The notes under the pieces: model-generated | Told to the model about the DNA's origin: nothing | Seen by the model: the letters and a program-made list of their open reading frames with translations, nothing else | Databases searched by the model: none | NCBI GenBank assembly: GCA_048213135.1 | Contig: PS015027.1 | Location: 88,103 to 108,102 of the forward strand | Reading direction: 5' to 3' | DNA from: Reclinomonas americana ATCC 50394 | Taxonomy: Eukaryota | DNA length: 20,000 nt | Program-made: the position numbers and the translations under genes | Part shown: piece after piece, positions 13,592 through 20,000 of the stretch | Layout of the letters: every line of letters begins with the position of its first letter | Numbering within the stretch: position 1 is the first letter of the stretch

Positions 13592-16500
13592 CTATGCTTT
13601 GCTGGAGGAGTACCGATGTCGCTGCTGGTACTGGCTGTGAAGATTGCGGAAGATATCCCGGCCGAGCGGCGACAGCATGAGGTGCAATTGTTGCAACCTG
13701 CGAGAGAGCAGGTGAGGTGCAAGTACGTGGGTGGAGAGTGAGGAGTGCATGATGACGCACCCGCTCTCGTCTGACACATCCATGAGTGCATACGTGCCGA
13801 GTGTCATGCGCCGCTTCGCCTCGCCGCCCATGCCATGCTCCTCCAACGTGGTGACATACTTGCCAATCAATTGTGGCACGTACAGTCGCAACCAGTTGTT
13901 GGTGGCTCGTTGCCGTCCACTCGCTGCGAATAATAATCAGAAACCACACTTATAGAGAGAGAGAGAGAGAGAGAGAATCAGGATGATCGCCACTTGCCAT
14001 CGCCACTGGCCTGTGCGGCGGCTGCAGAACGAGACCGTGAATGGTCGTCAACTTGGGCACTGCTGAACGTGCTCGACACATTCTCCTCCGACGCCAGCTC
14101 GTTCATCACCCGCACCACCGCGTCCACGCATTGCAAGTGTACCGCTTCCTGTGTGCGCAAAACATATGAGCCATGGAGCACACACACAAACACTCTCTCA
14201 CATCAGCCGCCGCCGCCGCCTCAACTGTGCATTCGAACAGTGGACGACCAGCAGCACTTCCACTCATAGGGAAAACGCCGACAATCAACACTGCGTGCGA
14301 GGTCATGAGCGACGAGAAACATCGTGACACCAGGCGATGTTTGTGCATGCGCAACTCTGCAAGAGTTCCACCAGCAGACCAATGTTGCTGCTGACAGCGT
14401 AGAGACGGTAACGGATCAGCGACATGAGCACTCGTGAGGCCACCTGCAACACTTGCGGGTGGCACAGCAAGCGCACAACGCCAGCCTTCCGGCCAGTCTT
14501 GCCCAGCGACGGAGGCGCCACAACTGGAGCACCTGTGCCACACGTGCCAGTGACTGCCACCATCTGTGACTGCAGCACGGCTGCCACCTCGGCTGCTGTC
14601 ACTTGGAATGCCTGTCATGGCAAGGTATAACAGATTTGAGACTGCTACATACGTAACAAGAGCAGAGAACGCCCCGTACCTCTACCCGGCTGATCATGGC
14701 ACACGCGCAGTCGGCGGCCGTCTCGGCGAACGTGGGGAAGTGCGGTGCGCCGGCCAGCAACGCTGTCAGATCGACCACATGCGACAGAATCGCCGCCTGC
14801 CGATGTCGCAGAATACGCATCGACAGCGATGCTGTTGGAAAACGTGGAGGTCAGTGAGGGAGGCACGTAAGCAAGACTGCACTCGACGACGTGTTGCGCA
14901 ACAGTTTGCCGTCTGCAACACAGTGACCAGGAGATGCATGCCCAAGAAGAGTGCCGACTGCTCGCGCTGGCTGCGTGCACTGTCGGCACCGCGTTGCAGC
15001 AACGCAAGCGCCGACGAGTACAGCTGAACGAGAGTCTCGGGTCGCGCCGCTCGCACAATCACTCCGATGCACTCGTCGAGTTGTGCGCAGTTGGGCCACA
15101 CGGACTTGAGCCACAGCACAAAGGCGGCCACGCGACTGTGCACACTGAGTGGAACGGCGGGCGTCACTTGCGGCAGTGTATCACACAGCGAGAACAGCAG
15201 GCGCAGCTCCGCTGCCACCGCCTCCTGCGAGTCATGCGATAATGATGAGCACACGCACGGCCCTTCTTATGTACATACAAACGAAAGCGACAGAACTGCA
15301 GCTCCGTGCGCCTGAGCATGCCGTGTCAGTGTGCCCACAGTCGAGTGCAGCACACGACCGAGATGGCCAACAATGGGGAACGCATCCGCTCGTGACAACT
15401 GTGGCGAGGACAGCGCGCACCGCAGCAACGAGTCCAGCACAGAGGACAGGCCGTGCGGTGGCCCAACATCCTCCTTGCTCTTCTTCTTCTTCTTCTTTTT
15501 CTTGTCCTTCTCCTCGTCAACTTCCACGTTGTCGCCCTGTGGGAGCAGACTGACAGTGGCCTCCTGCAACTCGCCAAACTTCTTGCGCAGCACGTTGTCC
15601 CTGCTCGAAAGAGACACAAATGAACAATGACATTCAAAACGTCCACATCATGCGCCTCCCAACAACACTTACGTGGTGAACAGTAGTGGACGGACTCTCA
15701 CACTCTCTGTAAAGGCGAGCACAATGTATCTCGCCAGACGCAGGTCAAAAGACGTTGGCGACCTGTGTATGCACGTAAGCAGACGCAGAAACTCACAGAG
15801 AGGAATGTCGACAACAACCCACCGGCTTTCCAGCGCTTTGCAAACGGGTTTTACAAAGGTCCTGACGCACTGCTTGGCGTCCGCCTTGTCCACAAGTGCC
15901 TGCTTGTCGTCTCGTCGTCTGTCACCCACTAGGCTGACAAACTCGTGACTGCGCGACGCCAAGAACACGGTAAGTGCGTGTGTGGCATGGACGCGCATGG
16001 GGACCAGGAGAACCTCACAGCTCGCACGAAGAACTCCTCTTCTTGCTTCTGGCTTGCCTCATCGTCAGCAAACAGCGTGTCGCCCAGTTTCAGCAAATTG
16101 ACGCGTGTCTGTAGCAGCAATCCGACCGCGCCTCGGTAGGCGACGGCCAGTGCACCGAGCGCGCCGGATACCTGCCATGAAGCAAGGCTGGTTGGTGAGA
16201 GAGAGAAAGGGACCCTCCGAAGCTGAAGAGAAGGCACTCACCTCGGGCAAGTGCGGCACAATCGACGCAAGGCAGATCATGCGCTCCACCAGCAGTCTCC
16301 GCAGCGCTTCTTGCTCCTCCTTGTCCTCGTCGATTAGATACGCAGCTGCGTGCACATGCAACGACACGGTTGGTGTGCTGTCTCCGACTGTCATCAGATT
16401 CGCACGCAACTGTCTCCAAGTGCCGAGGGCAGCAGACCGGGTTCAACGCCAACGGCCGTCGGCAGCATCGAAACAAATCGCGCCAAGCCAACAATCCGCT

Positions 16501-19500
16501 GAACAAAACTGTGTTGCGTCGACGATGCTGCGTGCAGTGCCTGGCGACAAAACTTGAAAACGGGCGACTTTTTCGCCGAGGCCTTGCCTTTCAAGAGACT
16601 TCCGTCGAGCTCCTCGTGCTGCAGTCACATACAGTGAGTCGCGTCTCGCGTGGCACGCTCCGAGGGGAAAACACAATACGCACCGCCGCGAGTGTATCTT
16701 CCAGGATTGACTCTGTCGCGTGCACAAGTCGTCGCAAGAGGCAGGCTGGTCGCAAGTTGTCAGCACAGTGCGCACAAGTGCACACACACACATATTTTTT
16801 TAAACAGGGAGTCACCTCGGAAAGCCGGCACGTCCAGCAGAACCGAGTCGCGCACGAGGTGTTGCGCCACCGCCACACATTGCAGGCTCGCGTTCGATCC
16901 CGCGGCTTCGAATGCGTGAATCAGAAAGTCGGCCAAGTGGCCGCATGCTTCCTCTTTCAAGTACCAGCTGCGCATGGCGGATGAGCGCCCAATGCTTCAG
17001 TACACACAGAACAAGAAAGCGATATACACACCACAGCGTGGGTGAAAAGTGCGAGATGCAATGCCACAAGGCCGTACAAAAGACCGCCTCGTCAGTCACA
17101 ACATCGACGCACTCGTCCCACGGTTCACTAGGAGTGGCGGGATGCAGTGACCAGTGAGTGCACGAGCATGGACTTGCGCACAACAAGACAACAGTAGGGA
17201 TTCGCTCACCTGGCAAGAATGTCGCTCAAAGTTGTCTGCGCCACCACAAGAAGCATCAGCAAGAGAAAGGACGCACAATACAGATGTATGGAGAGAGACG
17301 CAACTCGCTGCTTGACATACTTCCACACAATGCTGAGCAGCTTATTGATCTCCTTGGTGGACGCCGACGACGAGAAACCAATCGACTCCCACTGAGCCAT
17401 GGAATCTGGAGCGCGGCAAAGCGAGTCAGTGAACGGACCAAGCTGCCTCAGGAAACACCTCATACAACCCTTACCGTCAAACTGTGCCGAAAAAGTCGCG
17501 TGTTCCGCATTGCAGTGCAGCATGTGAATACGCTGGAGGCATATTCGGCACTGCACAAAACAATCACACACGCAAGAGAGGTGACACGTGAGTATCTCAC
17601 AGAAGGCGACATACGCGTGACGGAAGACAATGATTGCCGTCGCACCAGTGCAAGCTGGGCACGGTAGTCATCGCGGACGGCGGCAATCTTACGCAGGCGA
17701 CGCAAGTACGCGACCAGGCTTTCGCCTGGCACGACTCTGTCGACCAACTCCGACACTCTGTCGGGCGGGAAGCCGGCGTGATTGCGAAGTGTGAGACGCG
17801 TCTCCTGACACACTGCGGCACAATCGATGCCAGCATACATGGCCTCCAGCAATGCAGCGTACACGTATCCGGCGCTGACCAGACAAAATAAACACGCCAC
17901 GTAAGAAATGGACAAGAGGTGAAGGATCGTCGAGATCATGATCACACAGACCACGACTCTTCGACACTCGATGCCACCTGGTCCAGCGCAATCAGTGCGG
18001 GTCTCAGGAACTGTGCTCCCATCACCAGTTAGCACAACGCACAGTGGCAAGAGCCCCCACAGTAGCACCAGCACGCACCTCCATGAGGAACATGTTGCAG
18101 CACTCGGCGGCCGCATCGACATTCGACTCGTCGACACGAACAGCGAAAAAGAGCGACTGCGCCAGTGCCACTGCGCCATTGACAACAATAGCCCGCGACT
18201 GACTGGTCGCATCTGCTCAACTCAGCTCGTTAGGGTCGACCACCACGTGACGACCGATCAGGAGATAAACAAACCACGACCGAACGGATCCACAAGGAAC
18301 GGCAGCACCGTGTCCTGCAGCAGCTGCACGAGACGCCAGCTGAATGGAATCACTTGACCCGACGGCAGTGCATCAACGGCCGACAACAATCTGCGTGTAT
18401 CACGATCAGCAAATATCATACAAAAACATGAAAGCGTGCATCGCATCGACGCACGTCTGTTGCACTTGCTTGTGGCGCAGCAGCACCGACAGACCGGCAG
18501 GTCGCTTCCCTCGACCAACAAAGGCCGCCAGATTCGCCAGCATGGTCTCACACAGCACATCGAGCTGGCGCAGCTTGTTGTACACTTGCAGACATGTCAC
18601 CATAAAGTCGGCAGCACCCTGCAGCACGTGCTCCAGCGCAAAGATGCGCTCCAGCAGCGCATCCATGAACGGCTGCACCAGTCGGTGACTGAGATTGAGC
18701 AACCAGCGCGCCACGCGGAAAACAGCGTCGTGTTGCTGCGCAGAAGCATCGCATCACATAATGTCAGCTGCAGTGAAAAACAGGAGGCGAGGGAGAGGAG
18801 AGTGGCGCAACAATGGGCGAGGCAACGCAGGTGGACAAACAGAGTGCCAGTCGGTTCCGCGCCAGCTCGTGCTTGGCGTCGGTCCGTGTGTCACGGTACA
18901 CGTCGAAACGGTGCATCACCTCGAGCAGCGCGGCAAGAGCGCCAGCCCCACTCGCGACCTTGTCCTCATCTGCAGCACAGCAGTGAGTTGCAGCACAGCG
19001 ATGAGGGTGAGAGCAGTGGCAACCAGGCGTACCATGGATGCGAATCATGTCGATCAGTGGCAGAGAGAGTTCGTGGAAGAACGCAAACATTTCGTAGTGC
19101 TGATCCCCCGAAGTGCTCACGGCGCCCAGCGGTCGCTTCCGACTACCGCTTGCAGCAGCCGGCGGTGCCTCTGCAGCTGAATCAGCAGAGGCCGACGCAC
19201 TGCCACCGAGACTCCGGCCTGGTGTCAGGGCTTGTCGCTGAACGGCCTCACAGTACCAGGTCAACAGCGCCGGCATCACCGCCAGGGCGGCGGCTGTATG
19301 TGGGAGGAAACTTAGCAGCGGCACAAGAACAGAAATGTGACGTCACCCGCACCTTGTCGCTGGTCGCCGGCAGCACACATGGCAAACAACCGCACAAACA
19401 GCTGACTCTGGAAGCTGGCAAGCGACTGACCCTTGTACTGCACCACAGTACCCGTTTTGGCGCCCTTGCCCTTTTTCCTGCACAACAGGAATCAGCCTCT

Positions 19501-20000
19501 GGAACCACTCGGGAAATGCACGCACGCCGCACGCAACTTGGGTGGCTCGCCGACGGTTTCCGCAGCCGCTGCGGCATCGCCGGCACTCGCGGCTGCCGCA
19601 ACATCTGCACCCTCCCCTCGCAGGTGCGTGTAGGCCATGTTGAAGTCGGCCAGCACCGTCGGATGGAAGAGCGCCTGCTGCAGGAGCGACTCCACAGCCG
19701 TGCGCACCGACACCAGCTGTAGCGACTCGTTGCCCGTCAGCTGCATCCCTGTCGGTGAGCGAACGGCGAAGAGACGCTACACCAAAAAAAGGGGCACACT
19801 CACCGCCGAGTGCGCCAATGCATGTCGCAGGAGACACACAGGCTCCAGCAAGTCACGCGTGAACTGCTCAAACACCTTGCGCCTGTTCGACTGCTGCTGC
19901 AGCGCCGCAAACAGCACATCAAACACCACTTGACTCCACGGCAGCAGCGCCTCCACCAGATCATCGTGCGCACGCTGCCGATGAAGTACGCGCAACCACA
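13592..20000 (-). CDS. URB2: URB2/Npa2-like large nucleolar pre-ribosomal protein (many exons; 5' end beyond window)
   Basis: C-terminus LRLYVPQLIGKYV...LGTYALMDVSDESGLQQLHLMLSPLGRDIFRNLHSQYQQRHRY resembles the Urb2/Npa2 C-terminal domain. A chain of minus-strand helical-repeat-like exons with ~50-85 nt introns continues to the window end; not every junction was resolved. Confidence 0.7.
13954..13976. repeat. (AG)n microsatellite in URB2-like intron
   Basis: Directly visible. Confidence 0.9.

Noticed and set aside
18436-19722. 428-aa + strand ORF
   Set aside because: Antisense to URB2-like exons, Arg/His/Gln shadow composition, no recognisable domain; its length is notable but unsupported.

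Overview
Gene-dense, GC-rich eukaryotic (protist-like) draft scaffold with mostly short (~55-85 nt) spliceosomal introns and 8 N-gaps. Seven protein genes can be rebuilt by hand: a mitochondrial-type Deg/HtrA serine protease (-), a TTLL4/5-like tubulin glutamylase (-), a 62-aa COX7C-like micro-gene (+), alpha-tubulin acetyltransferase ATAT1/MEC-17 (-), PEX16 (+), EMG1/NEP1 (+) and a URB2/Npa2-like gene (-, extends past the window). Two patterns stand out. (1) Three gap-flanked blocks of 453-488 bp (1516-1968, 6117-6589, 8811-9298) lie inverted inside their genes and rejoin them in correct phase when flipped; this is most likely scaffold misorientation. (2) About ten introns use an atypical donor GTT(G/A)CG, always after a non-G exon base, while GTGCGT donors follow an exonic G, suggesting a shifted-register 5' splice-site class. 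All exon boundaries are manual predictions without transcript data.
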